In this document: piece after piece, positions 12,894 to 25,749 of the stretch
How the letters are laid out: each line of letters opens with the position of its first letter
Numbering within the stretch: the first letter of the stretch is position 1
Source: Eledone cirrhosa
Lineage: Eukaryota
Length of the DNA stretch: 64,000 bases
Direction of reading: 5' to 3'
Assembly: GCA_964016885.1 (NCBI GenBank)
Contig: OZ024740.1
Location: 182,776,001-182,840,000 of the forward strand
Notes under the pieces: generated by a model
The model's database searches: none
What the model was told of the DNA's origin: nothing
The model's input: only the letters and a program-made list of their open reading frames with translations
Translations under genes and position numbers: made by a program

Positions 12894-15125
12894 AACCAAG
12901 TGGGTTCAGAAGGGAGCAACCTTGACAGGTGGAACCTGGAACATTACAACCCTTACGGGTAAGGAGCAGGAAATAATGGATCAATCTAGATGCTACAGGA
13001 TAGTTAGAGTTGAAGTTTCTTCAACAAAGTTCTGTAGCTCTGATTCTTTACATTTAGATGGAGGATGGAAACACCACTATTCAGTTGAGGAACCATAAAT
13101 GACTGCACAAGTGGGAGTAGGGATACTCACAAGTTCCCGGCTGTCAGAATGTGTTATGGCCTGGATGTCTTTAGAAGGGAGGATTTGCCTCTTGAAGCTA
13201 AAGCTGAAAGATAGGTCTCTTTGGATGGTGCAAGTTTATGCACCAAACAAGGTGTCTGAATATAGGTCCTTCCTTGATAAAGTCATTGCAGTGTCATATG
13301 TAGTTAAGACTGAGTCATATATCCTGATGGGATACTTCAAGGCAGATGTTGGCACAGACCACTTGACATTGAAAGGAGTGATTAGAAGGAATGCTGACCC
13401 CAATATAAATATGAATAGAAAGGCTTTATAAGAATTCTGTTCTAGCAATGGACACTCAATTGTGAACACTTTCTTCCAGCACACAGAGAGATTCTTAAAT
13501 ATACTTGGTATAAAGGGAATCAGCAACAGAGATCAATAATGAATTCTGTTATTGTTTCTGATTTCTTTGATTCTGTGCTGGATGTTCATGTTAAGAGAGG
13601 GGCTAAGCTATTGACTGATTACCATCTAGTTATCTGTAACTTGAGACTAACTAAAGCCAAAGAATCCACAAAGCTGGCAGGTCCAAGTGAACCTAAAGGA
13701 TAAAATGGGAAGAAAATGTTGGATAAGGAAGTCAGAACCAGGTATGCAGACATTATTACTTCCAAATTCAGAGAAATCTCTCACCAAATTGAGGACATTG
13801 AGACAGAGTGGAAATTGTTAAACACAGCAGTTTCAGCTTCAGCTGTTAAATGCTGCAGGTGAAAGAGGTTTGGTGTGGTGCTAGATTGCAGGAGGACCCC
13901 TTGGTTCAATCACGAGATCAAAGATCCTATCCAAGCAAGAAGGATTTCTACAAAACATGGCTTTGAAATTAGTCCCTCTTCTTGCACTTGTGAAATATCA
14001 CAGCAGAGTCAGTAAAGGTGTCTAAAGTTAAGACATGTGATGTCTTTGGGCTTAAGCTGGTACCTGACTTCAGATCTGCCACTAAAGTGTTTTGATAGAC
14101 CATCCGCCGACTTCCTAATGAGAAGTCCACCTCTACACCTGCTATCTGGGGTTCTCTTCTTTTCAGAGAGGAGCATCCTTGCAAGGTGGAGAGAATACTC
14201 TCCTAGTCTCCTAAATCCGATCACAACAGTATGTTCTGATAGGTGCAGTGACTAATCTCTCAGAAGCTGAGGACACAAGAGAGTTAAATAGCTCAAATGT
14301 GGCAAGGTTGCTGGGAAGATGAAATCCTGCTGGAGATCTTAAAAATCTTAGTTAGTGAAGGTATTCTCTAGATGACTCATGTGTGTCACATGGCTTGGAT
14401 CTCTGGAAAGGCACCTAAGTGATGGCAATCGAGAGAAATAATGCCAATTTTTAAAAAGGGAGACAAGAAAGATTGTTCCAATTATAAAGGTATCTCCCCA
14501 GTAAAGTCTATGAAAAGTGTCTGGCAAATAGATGCAGACAGATTGTCGAGTCCAAGCTAACTGATGAACAGTGCGGTTTTTTACCCAGATGCAGTTTTCG
14601 AGAAATTTTGGGAGTATATTCTTGTTTTTGAAACCGTGAAAAGCATATGACTGCATTCCTCAGAATCTGCTGTGAAATATTGTATAAGAGAAAGGGATTG
14701 AGGGTCAGCTTCTTGCTGATCAGAGTACTGGATAAATGGTGCTAAATCAAAACTATTCAATGTGGGAGTTGGATTCTGCCAAAGGTGCATACTGTCACTG
14801 CTCCTGTTTATTATTTTCATGAACAGGATTGACTTTCATACCCAAGTTAGAATTGGTATCATGACTGATGGGTGTAAAATCAGTCGGCTGAAATTTGCAG
14901 ATGTTACTTAACTTGACAGAAAGTGATCTTGATAGGTTTGATGCCAAGTGCTGCATGGCTTGAATGAAAGTCAGTGCTATGAAAGTGGAGGCACTCATCC
15001 CCTCAAGGAAACCTATGAAGTGCACTTTAACTGTGAATGGAGTTCCACTGAAGGAGGTAGAAGAGTTCAAGAATCTTGGGGCTGTGTTCATGAGTGAAGG
15101 AAGGAAGAAGGCTGAATTATAGACC
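12894..15125 (+). mobile_element. RTE-clade LINE APE endonuclease plus RT segment, inverted relative to its 3' end
   Basis: GTWNITTL, VQVYAPN, NYKGIS, VGFCQRCILSLLLF, LKFAD and VEEFKNLG motifs with many stops and frameshifts. Confidence 0.88.
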
Positions 15126-16736
15126 AAACCAATAAAAAGAAAACTTTTTGAAAAATCATAAAACCTTTCTTAATAATTCCTAACATAAAAACCATGAAGA
15201 ATAAAGTGAAAATATATTTAAGTTACTTTAACATAAACTAAGGTAGTTCCAATATTTTTTAAGGAGAAATGTTCTGGGTGACAGATTAGGCTAAAAGGTA
15301 TTTTTGCATTGTCTAACTATATGTAACTTTAAATACTCCAGCATTCTGTGTCTGTCTTTTATGCTTATGAAAGTTGAACGGTTTTTCTTTCAGGTCTCTT
15401 TATTCTCTGTCAATTACTAAATATAATTGTATGTGCTTCATATTTATGTTTTTCATACTAAACTGTGGTGGTAGACAGCCAAATAAAATATCTATCTATC
15501 AAACAAACACTAGTTTTGTTATTTTATTTCAAATTTGATTGATGGCAATGCAAATCATAACTAGCAGAGTAATTTTAGTCACTAACCTCATCTATAATAT
15601 ATGTTTGCATTAGCGAATGTTTGATGTTCACATTCTACCAGGCATGGGAAGACAGGAGCAGACTTTGTCTTACCATTCTCTCATAAGAGAAATGGTAATA
15701 TTCTGAAGTTATTCCCATTACTCTCATTACAAGATTTGCTTTGTGCCTCCCTAAAAGAAATAGACCAAAATATTTTCAGGACCTCTACTGTGTTTAGCAC
15801 AATATCAACCCTGATCAAAGGCATTTAGTTTGGCTGTGACTACCCGACATCGTTTAAAGTGTTCTTTAATAAAGACAGTAGGCTATAAATTATGAGATAT
15901 TTGACAATCATTTCTAACATGTCGATCAAATGCATCTTTAGCTTTAACACTTCTATTGTCTTAGGAATATGTAAAAGTAATATGTAAAAGAACTAAGAGT
16001 TTGGAAGCAAAAATATCAGATAATAGATATAAAGAAGCTTATTATGCATGTATTAGTTAGTTATAGGAATATGTCATCGTTTCTCAATGTGTTATGCTAT
16101 GCCAGGTATTGAATGGACATTTATGCGGTCACTAAACTTGCTTAAGTAGTAGTTAAACCCTCGACCATATTAAAAACTGGAATAATATTTCATTAGAATA
16201 TAAATGTTACAAATGTATGCACAGATCAAAGACAAAATGGCTATCAATAGAAAGCTAAGTTCAAGCAAGGAAACACACTTGTTTAGCCACTATCAACATA
16301 ATATAAGTTATGTAGTTCAGTAAATAAAAGCTGTTTAAATCTAATTAAGAATTTAAGTTGTTGTTTAGCTTCAGACATACTTTGATCAAGCAAACCTATG
16401 AACAAAGTATTGAAGCCATGAACATCTCATTCCATCTTTTATTTAGTCATACTCTATCTTGAACAATGTATCAAGAGTATATATAGCATTAATTGTCCAA
16501 TGTGTCATTTCTATTTTTAAGAAGGTAGGGTGAGTAATTCGAGGGTCATTTCGTTTGTGTTTCTAGCAAGTAGAGAGGTTCAAAAAGATTCCCTCTTCTG
16601 TTGATGTTATGTTTTGTCTTCCAAAGAGTTATGTTAAGGGTTCTTGCATCTCTGAAGTTCTGAGCTACTTTCATAATTATTTAATGACTGAGACATACCA
16701 TTGATTGAAGAACAGCATTATATATAGCATCACAAT

Positions 16737-16960
16737 CATCATCACCATTTAACATTCATTTTCCACACTACCATGGGTTAAAAGAGTTGTCCATTGTGAG
16801 ATAGGTCAGATCAAGTGACAATGTCTTGCTCGTACAGAACTGATTTTGGCTTTGTTTCTAAAGCTTGATGCCCTTCCTAACGCCAACATTTATAGTGAGT
16901 ACAGGGTTCTTTGTTGTGACACCTACATGACCATTTTACAGTGTAGGCTGCATTTCTCCT
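16737..16960 (-). mobile_element. RTE-family 3' UTR/tail fragment
   Basis: gatgcccttcctaacgccaac motif plus (cat)n tail, as in the RTE 3' UTRs. Confidence 0.7.
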
Positions 16961-17195
16961 TTGTTCTGTTCTACAACATATCGTTTTTTTATTGTGTAGG
17001 ACAGAACAAAGGAGGGACACAAAATAACAAATCAGTCACTGAGGAGGTCACAGAGTGTGTGACAAAAGAGCTTTGAAAATAAACAAACAACCATCTGGTT
17101 ATTAAACCAACCAACTGGTAATTTGTAATAAATTGAAGTGAAAACCAACAGCAGGTACATGTATTTTGATTGGCAGCATGATCTGCCCAAAGTAT

Positions 17196-17197
<2 letters not shown>

Positions 17198-17263
<66 letters not shown>
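17198..17263. repeat. (TA)n microsatellite
   Basis: Seen directly. Confidence 0.95.
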
Positions 17264-17268
<5 letters not shown>

Positions 17269-17379
17269 TCTAGTCAACACCACCCTCACCAGATGAATAT
17301 CCCATGCACCTCATCCATGATAAAATTGCTTACTTGTTCCTACCCTTTCAACCACTCACTCCTCATCTCTGATACACCT

Positions 17380-17636
17380 CTCCTGCCCAACCCACACATA
17401 AAAATATAAAAGCTGGACATGCTTGACATCTCATCTCCCACAATGCTGTTCCGTGACAATAAAAACTATTTAGTCCATACTGTAATGTGGTTGGTGTTAT
17501 GAAGAGCATCCAGTCATAGAATGCGAGCCAAAATACAGATCCAGAAGAGCAATAAATGGTTACCTGACCTGACTTATCTCGTAGCATGACAACCTGTTTA
17601 ACCCATGCACGTGTTGAATAAAAGATATTAAATGAT
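17380..17636 (+). mobile_element. RTE-family 3' UTR fragment
   Basis: gtggttggtgttatgaagagcatccag..aacccatgca matches the RTE 3' UTR. Confidence 0.7.
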
Positions 17637-18317
17637 AAGCTAAAAAAAACACAGATTTAATCAACATTCAGTGTGGAAACCTTTACAAAGTAATACAGAG
17701 TATTTAGTGGAGTTAAATAAATATGATGCTATTGTTGTTTTACCTACAATTTCTTAGGTTATGTACAGAGAAAATAAAGCAAAAACATTGAAAATAACAT
17801 GAAGTATGGCTTGTCAAATATAAATCAATATAGTTTAGAACTTATTGTCATAAGATGATTTTCCGATTGTACATCAATTGTCTGAGGAATTCAGTCTCTT
17901 GTTCTTTCTGTATTTGTCATGTATGTTTACAAGGGTTGAATATTCTATACTTCCTTGTTCACTGCAATGTTATTGAGTAGAAGAACAGATCTCAAAAGAC
18001 CAGTATTGTTTCTTACATATTTTTCCTGCAAGAACACATTATACAATATCAGAGATATAGATTCAAATTCTGCTAATTTTATCTAGATGGCCATGTTGTC
18101 ACAACACATGCGTTCTGTATGTTCAAGTTTCACTAGATGAAAACTATGTGATGTTTACAGCTACTCCAGGCAGCCAATTACTTAAAACCACAATGCAAAT
18201 GTGAACAAGAGCATAGGCTATTTTCTTCTAGCATATCTTACCAAGGAGACCAAGATATACCTGCACTCATTAAAACGCTAAACTATTTTTAATGTATATA
18301 GTTAATTACTTCAAATA

Positions 18318-18460
18318 TGGAGGCACATGGCTTAGTGGTTAGAGCATTGGCCTTGCAATCGAAAGGTTGTGAGTTCAATTCTCAGACCGGGTGATGTGTT
18401 GTTTCCTTGAGCAAGACACTTTATTTCACATTGCTCCAGTTTACTCAGCTGTAGAAATGA
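18318..18460 (+). mobile_element. tRNA-derived SINE head plus CORE-like domain
   Basis: A-box tggcttagtgg, B-box gagttcaattc, then ccttgagcaagacact..ctcagctgtagaaatg. Confidence 0.85.
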
Positions 18461-18488
18461 GATGATAGGGACTGGGGTCCCTATCATA

Positions 18489-18662
18489 CCACTGCAAAGT
18501 GGTCGTGGAGGTGCCACGGCAAAAAAGCACCCAGCACTCACTGTAAATGAGGTTGGTGTTAGGAAGGGCATCCAACTGTAGAAATCAAGCCAGAATCTGT
18601 TCCCGTCCCACCCTTGCAAGCAGGGAAAAGCGGACGTAAAATGAAATGATGATGAAATGATG
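18489..18662 (+). mobile_element. RTE 3' UTR/tail piece adjoining the SINE
   Basis: Near-identical to parts of 54775-54935; ends in a gatgatga tail. Confidence 0.85.
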
Positions 18663-19973
18663 AAACAAGATCCCAGACCTCATTTGCTTACCAAGTGGGG
18701 TAGAACTCATCAGATTGAACCAAGGAAACAATGTTTCCATTGGTCTTTCTAATTGCTAATACTATCTACTTGTCACAATTCCTGGCAAAATATATATAGT
18801 TAAGCTTGTGTTAACATACTTGATATAGGGATCATTAAAAATCTAACTGAAACAAATTATATGCTGAAGAAGAAAAAAAAACAGATTAACCAATGAATGA
18901 TATTACTTTAATCCTTTTGGCAAGTACTGGAGACAGATTTAGATAGGTTTTAATCTTAGTCTAACGTCATCAGCAATTCATGGTCTTCACTGTACTTGCT
19001 GAAGTAGTGATGAAAGAGTCACAAAGTAAATATATGAGACTGTATGCTGATTGGTGTAGTAAAATAGTATTGTGTAAAGAATAACTGACTATATATTTCA
19101 ATTCAACTTCATCATCTGCACATCTGTCTAAACTTGCTGATTCACTTCATAGGATGATGTCAGACTGTTGTCTCAGCAAACACCTCATAAGTGAATAAAT
19201 AAATATGATTAAGAGAATGTGTACGTTGACTCAATATAGTCTTCAACACACCTATACACCTTGTCACATTGGTTGACATTGTGAATTGTCTAAGTAAATA
19301 CCTCATTCTCTGATCACAAAGATCAGAAGCATTCAAATTTGCTGAGATAAACATCTAGTAGCTATTTTCATTTGGACTCATGGTCTACATCTGAGAATTC
19401 TAAAGCTGATTTAATTGCAAAGAAGTTCATCATTACTCTTGCTTTCAGATTCTTTCCTACTATTTTCAAAAAGCATATTTAATTTTTTAATTACAAGGGG
19501 AACTCACACTTCAGTGTTGACACATGTTGTTAAGGTTAGAAACAAAACAAAAAAATAAAAGCAAAAGTAATTCAGTGTTTCAGAGGAATATTGCTTTCCT
19601 GTCGAGAATGAAAATAAAATTAAATATGGCATCTGATGTCATGTTGAACAACATGCACTTCAACATGACGTATCTGGGGAGATGACAAATTTGAGCACTA
19701 TGCTCTCTCTTTAGATTAAATGATACATGAGGAAAATATATTCTTTTCTGCATCATGCATACTCTTTCTTCCCAACAAATTGTCATCACTTTCTAATTCT
19801 TTATGATGAAAATAAGATTGCAATGTTTATTTGAAGAAAAAGAATCACCTTCAGGTGGATAATGTTTTCACTAGTATTCTGCAGACAGATGACTTCCCTA
19901 AGGTCAACTCCTTGTAAGAGACCTAGCTGTAAACAATATGTTATTTGTAAATTATCTCTACTACCACTACTAC

Positions 19974-20290
19974 AAATAATAATAATAATTGTTTCTACTT
20001 TTAGCACAAGGCCAGCAATTACCCCAGCTGGTGATTTTATTTTTCTCGACCATGTAAGGATAAAATGCAAAGCTAACCACATCGGGATTTGAACACAGAA
20101 CATAAACGGCCATAACTCTATGCTGCAAAGCATGGTGTCTGACGATACTGCTAATCCAACTAATAATAATGCTTTCTGAATTTAGGTACAGGCCAATAAT
20201 TTGTGGGGGAAGGGGAAAGGGCAATACCGGTACTTTATTTTATCAACCACATAAGGATGAGAGGCAAATCTAAACTCAGCATGATAATAA
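19974..20290 (-). mobile_element. Tandem copies of the (ATT)n-tailed SINE family ('SINE-B')
   Basis: Repeated aataattgtttctact..gcacaaggcc and ggtactttattttatc units, homologous to 22822-23012. Confidence 0.75.
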
Positions 20291-20299
20291 TAAATGAAA

Positions 20300-20425
20300 G
20301 TAATTTAAAAGCTATTTAATAGCTACTTTTAAAAAGCTGGGGTCAACATCATGGTGTGGACCTTACAGAAAACAACACTCCTTGGAACTGCTAGGGTACT
20401 TAGAAAAGTGCTTGACAATTGAAGA
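20300..20425 (+). mobile_element. R4/Dong-type LINE extreme C-terminus
   Basis: LQKTTLLGTARVLRKVLDN*. Confidence 0.7.
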
Positions 20426-20438
20426 TGTTACCTCAGTA

Positions 20439-20479
20439 ATGGTGCCACCTCTCCACAAGTTGTGGAGAGGTGGCACCAT
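20439..20479. repeat. Perfect inverted repeat, 20-bp arms with 1-nt spacer
   Basis: atggtgccacctctccacaa-g-ttgtggagaggtggcaccat. Confidence 0.95.
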
Positions 20480-20510
20480 AATTACATCACCAGCAACAAA
20501 TAATGTGTGA

Positions 20511-20787
20511 CAAGAAGAAGAAGAAGAAGAAGAAGAAAAGGAAGAAATAAGAAAGAAGAAAAAAAGAAAAAGAAAAAGAAAAAAAGAAGAAAAAGAAAAA
20601 GAAAAAGAAAAAGAAAAAGAAAAAAGAAAAAGAAAAAGAAAAAGAAAAAGAAACAGAAAGAAGAAAATAAGAAAAGAAGAAAAAGAAAAAAAGAAAAAGG
20701 AGAAAAAGAAGAAAGAAGAAAAAGAAGAAAGAAGAAAAAGAACAAAGAAGAAAAAGAAAAAAGAAGAAAAAGAAAGCAGAGAGAAAA
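20511..20787. repeat. Compound (GAA)n/(GAAAAA)n polypurine tract
   Basis: Seen directly; the overlapping K/R- and F-rich ORFs are artefacts. Confidence 0.95.
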
Positions 20788-20789
20788 TG

Positions 20790-21345
20790 GTACAACCCAG
20801 ATGCAGTAATAATCAGCGAGAATGCAACACTTCTGGGATTTCCCTGTGAATACTGACAAAAACATCAAGGCCAACAAACCTGATATAATTGTACCATAGA
20901 GAGAAAAAATGTTTAATTGACATGAGCATTCCATTAGATCATAACATCTTGAAAGAGTTAGAAAAGCTCAGTAAGTATAAAAATCTATAAATTGAAATTC
21001 TGAAAATGTGGCATCTGAAGGCCTTTACAATACCAGTGAGTCGACGCTCTTGGAAGGAGAGAAAAAGATACAGAAAAATATTTGGACCGAATACCTGGAA
21101 AGCCATCACTGAAAGAGAAACAGAAAATAGTGCTGACTAGTATTGCCCATGTCATAAGAAGGGCGTTATCAATTCAAAAACTTTGCAAGGACATTTATTG
21201 TTGTTTGTGCCCTTGTGACATCACCTGTGTGACAACTGATTGTAAAATGTGTGTATTATCTAATTTTGCCTCAGGTGCCAGGTTGACACTCGGCATGATT
21301 TGGGAAAGAAGCAGAACTCAAAGGAAGTTTCAAATCATAATAATA
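20790..21345 (+). mobile_element. R4/Dong-type LINE 3' fragment (RLE domain and 3' UTR)
   Basis: WDFPVNTDKNIKANKPDIIV..KYKNL*IEILKMWHL..QKIVLTSIAHVIRRAL; (aat)n tail. Confidence 0.85.
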
Positions 21346-21660
21346 ATAGTAATAATAATAATTGTTTCTATTTTTGGCACAAGGCCAGCAATTACCCAGT
21401 ACATTACTGGTACTTTATTTTATCGACCCTGTAAGGATGAAAGGCAAAGTTAACCTCGACCGTAAAGGGACGTAACTATGCTGGAAAGGATGGCATCCAA
21501 CCCTCTACCGATACTGCAAATTCACTGCCTTTTAATAATAATAATAATTGTTTCTACTTTAAGCACAAGGCCCCGTATCGACCGTATCGACCCCGTAAGG
21601 ATCAAAGGCAAAGTCAACCTCGGCGGGATTTGAACTCAGACCATAAAGGGCCATAATAAT
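21346..21660 (-). mobile_element. Two tandem SINE-B copies in (AAT)n
   Basis: Reverse complements of 22822-23012, separated by (aat)n. Confidence 0.85.
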
Positions 21661-21667
21661 AATCAGG

Positions 21668-22610
21668 AATAAGATACTGGCTATCAACACATAGGGTGTC
21701 GCAGCTGTAATGTATAGCGCTGGTGTGATAGATTGGAGATGTCATGAACTTAAGGAGCTTGATTGAAAGACCAGGAAATTGATGACATTACAAGGAAATT
21801 GATGACATTACTAAATCCCTCCAACTTCTTGATTTATATGTTACCTGATTTATATGTAATCTTCTGCAGTATAATGTAAATGAGGTTGGCCTATCAAAAG
21901 AGTTTACTGAGAGAAAGAGTGATTAAAAGTAGAGAATCATGAATGGGAAGCTAAATGCAGGGAAGTGATGCTGTTGTATTGTCAGTTTGAGAGGGACAGA
22001 AAGGAGGTTAAAACTAGCAAATCCTGGAATTGACTAATTAGAGGAGATTGGAAATAGAAAACAGAAGGTTTACTTATGATGCCCAAGACCAGGTACTGAA
22101 CACAAACCCAGTATGGCATAACATTTACAATCAGGTCAATTCAGAAAAGGATAGGGTGTGTTGGGAAGGAGTTGAAACTGTCATGTACATTGTGAGTGCC
22201 TGCACAATGCAAAAGAATTACAAAATGTGGCATGATGAAGTGTAAAATCTTCTTTATTGGTCCTTAAGTCAAACATGGTACCAGCACAAACCAGAAAAAA
22301 GTGTTTGAAAATGAAAATGCCAAAATCCTTTTTGAATTTATGGTTGAAACAGATGGTTGGCGCAGAAAGCCTAACACCATTGTAGTGGATATGAATGAGA
22401 ACATGTTTTGGATAACTGATGTGGTACTATCAGATCATTTCATCAGAAGGAAGGAAAATCAAAAATTTGATAACTACCCAACAAATTTAAAATCAAAATT
22501 GTTTGGGTGTGGGTCAAAAATATGAAAATGATACCAATAGTGATAGAAGCATTAGGATCAGTCGCCAAACTTAGAGTGCTATTTGAAGGAAATTAGCATT
22601 TCAGCAAATA
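21668..22610 (+). mobile_element. Degraded R4/Dong-type LINE fragment
   Basis: NKILAINT..YSAGVIDW..KTRKLMT; AQDQVLNT; ETVMYIVSAC; ENENAKILFEF; IPIVIEALGS. Confidence 0.8.
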
Positions 22611-22821
22611 TACATTTTCTCATCATATATGTCATCGCCATCATCATCATCATCACTATTATCATTGTTGTCATCCTTGTCCTTATTATGATTTTTAGGT
22701 TTGCTTTTAAATTTTAGCATAGGTTGGATGGGGTTTTCTGAGGCAATGCTTTACAGCTGAATGCCCTTCTAACATCAACTCTTTTGGTTGTCTCTTATAA
22801 GATGCAGGGATATTACGTATA

Positions 22822-23012
22822 AGGGTGGTGAATTGGCAGTAATGGTAGAGGGTTGGACGCCACGCTTTCCAGCATAATTATGTCCCTTTACAGTCTGAGT
22901 TCAAATCCCATCAAGGTTAACTTTGCCTTTCATCCTTACGGGGTCGATAAAATAAAGTACCAGTAATGCACTGGGTAATTGCTGGCCTTGTGCCAAAAGT
23001 AGAAACAATTAT
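22822..23012 (+). mobile_element. Full-length SINE-B (tRNA-like head, conserved central motif, ATT tail)
   Basis: B-box gagttcaaatccc; central gcctttcatccttacggggtcgataaaataaagtaccag; 3' ggccttgtgccaaaagtagaaacaattat; several other copies in the window. Confidence 0.85.
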
Positions 23013-23129
23013 GTATATATATAAGAAAATAGATATGAATGGTAAAAAGAAAATGAAGCCTGGTGAGGTAATTATTCTCATGCAATATGAAACTGGACAA
23101 CTGGATTTAGAAAGAAGATGGAAAAGGAA

Positions 23130-23300
23130 TGAGTCAACAAGATTTCAGACCTCATTTGCTTACTGAGTTGGGTGGAGCTTGTTAAATTAGACCAAGGAAA
23201 CAATGTTTCCATTAGTCTTTCCGTTGCTGATACTATCTTTTGGTCACAACCCCTGGCAGATAGCAATGTGAAATAAAGTGTCTTGCTCGAGGACAAAATG
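23130..23300 (-). mobile_element. CORE-like SINE body fragment
   Basis: gcaatgtgaaataaagtgtcttgctc; the body matches 18665-18788. Confidence 0.7.
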
Positions 23301-23694
23301 CATCTTCACTTCAGGAGAAAGATAAAACAGAAAAAAGAAAAATTGGTCTACTCCAATCAATGTATGAGACAGGGAACAATTTTAGTGTAGTGAGATGTTT
23401 AATTACAAAGTAAATATGGACAATTTAGAGTAATAGCAAAGTCAAAACTATTATGGTTTGCAACAGTCTACGTATGCAACTTCTTAGGCAGTGATATCTG
23501 TTTATATTCTATGGAAACTGAAGTCTTGCTATTTAGTGGTTAGATGTGCAAATATCTGCACTTTATTTAGAGAATTCTTCCTGAGGATGTCACATCCTGT
23601 CCTTTTCTTATAGAAAAATGGGCATAAAACAGATTATGATGATAATATAAGGAGAATAGTCAAAATTGATATCTAAAAGTCAAATATCTGTCTC

Positions 23695-23970
23695 AAGTGC
23701 AGATGCTCATCAAGCTATTGCTTATCTCGGTTTTGATGGCCTTAAGCAACTAGGAGTACAAGGCACCCCACCCTTGGACAGGGTGCCAGTCCATCACAGG
23801 GTGAAAATACCAGCTGTTGCTGGTCCTCATTTCATTTTCAGCTGAATATATTAGAGCAATTTGAAATGAAGTGTTTTGCTCCAGAACACATCACCAACCA
23901 GTCAGGGAATTGATCCCACAACATTATGATTGTAAATCCAACACCCTTACCACTAGGCTACACTCCTCCA
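23695..23970 (-). mobile_element. CORE-like SINE
   Basis: agagcaatttgaaatgaagtgttttgctc and ccactaggcta (reverse A-box). Confidence 0.7.
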
Positions 23971-24272
23971 AAATAATCCATCTGAGATCAATAAATTAAA
24001 TATCCATATAGAGCAGTATTTGTTTCATCTTTTTACCCTCTGAATTAAAATCTTGTTGTAGTCTACTTTTAGGTATTTCTAGTTAAATGTTCCTGCAAAC
24101 AAAATAAATAAAAACATTTAACACCTTCACATGACACTTAAGTGATTTCAGTGGACTCCACACCCTTTCAAACATTTGATCCAGGTGTTTAGTCTGAGAA
24201 TATAATCCTCCCTCCCCACCCACCAGTCACAGGGAATCTGGAAAGAGGTATGGACTCGGCCCTTCCTTCTCA

Positions 24273-24570
24273 CTCATCATCATCACCATTTAATGTCATT
24301 TTTCCTATGCTAGAATGGGTTAGACGAGATGTCCCATTATGAGGCAAGTCAAATTAGGTGAATATGTCTTGCTCATACAGAACTGTTTCTGTGTTGGTTT
24401 CTACAGCTGGCTGCTCTTCATAATGCCAACCACATTTACAGTAGGACTAGGTGCCTTTTTATCATGGAACCAGCAAAATCACTTTTCGGGGTGAACCAGA
24501 TGCTCCTTGCTGAGTCACTAACATGACTACTTCACAGTGTGAACTGGGTGCCCTTTTATTGTGTCATCAA
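24273..24570 (-). mobile_element. RTE 3' UTR fragment
   Basis: (cat)n tail and tctacagctggctgctcttcataatgccaac. Confidence 0.65.
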
Positions 24571-25749
24571 CATAAGCCCCCCCCCCCCCACACACACACA
24601 CACTCCCAACAGGGCTGACAATGTGATAAAAACAAGCAAGTCAGAGAAACAAATTAACTTAGCATGATCTTTTCACAACAGTATGTGTTTCAATTCATTT
24701 TGTAAATAATCAAATATTTGGATGAATTTAATCAATTAATTAAATCTTTCACTAGTAAGCCGATGTTTAGAACATTAATTAGCAAACATGTATTATGTAA
24801 AATTATAATGGAATGAATTAATATAAGTATAAAGATTGTTAAACGAGTAGCTGTGTAACATGTATGCAGGGTGGTTTGGTATCAAAAGAGTTAAAGATAT
24901 TTTATCAAATGCAAAACAAGACTTAATGCATTACAGTTTAGCAAACACAAATGCTAGTTAGACAATAAATTTATTTTAAGCAAGTAACATACATTCATCC
25001 TGGTGGGTTAGGATTTTATTATATTATCTTTTTAGAAATAAATGGAGATAAATATTTTCAAGACCTATAATATACAAATGTGCTGTCAAACTTTGCTTAA
25101 AAGTGAAAATGTTCATCTTTATAAAAATTTCATAGGACAGGTAGTTCAAAATAATCTCTTCTAGAAATTATATAATTCTTTGTCTTGTGAGTTTCACGCA
25201 TTTTAATTAACAACATCCTTCTTTTACTATCTCATAAAAATGGTAGTTTTGTTTTTCTTCAGTTTAGAAAAATCATTAGATTTGGTTGATGAAAGTTTAA
25301 AGACAAAGAGAATTACTAACTGACTTCATTTCCTTTTTGTCTGCACAACCACGTCAATGCAACTTATAGCTATATCACTACAGTGAATGAAAAGAAAGAA
25401 GCTGATCATCAAATTGAAACAAGAAAACTTTATTTCCATTGGTCGTTCCATTAGTGATACAATCTGGTGGTGTCATAACTCCTTGCGGAGGTGTCAACAC
25501 TTTTTTGATTACAGGAGGTGAGACTTGAATTCAGAACACATATATCTCAGATCATCTAGTCTGATTTATTAATAATCTTGCCAATACTTCATGGAATGGT
25601 ATGCTGTTTATCAACTACTAAAAAATAAAACTCAAAGTTGACTGTGAAGTGGGGGTGCATTTCAAATCTGAGTGCAGCGAGCCAGAACAAATACTGATGC
25701 AATTAATCCAATGTCCTAAAAGATCTGGACCATTGACTTGGTTAAAAAG

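Noticed and set aside
18318-18390. Functional tRNA gene
   Set aside because: The A/B boxes continue into a SINE core and there is no proper acceptor stem.
18850-19800. hAT/Buster-like transposase remnant
   Set aside because: Weak motif resemblances occur in the wrong order.
20482-20934. K/R-rich and F-rich ORFs
   Set aside because: Artefacts of the polypurine repeat.
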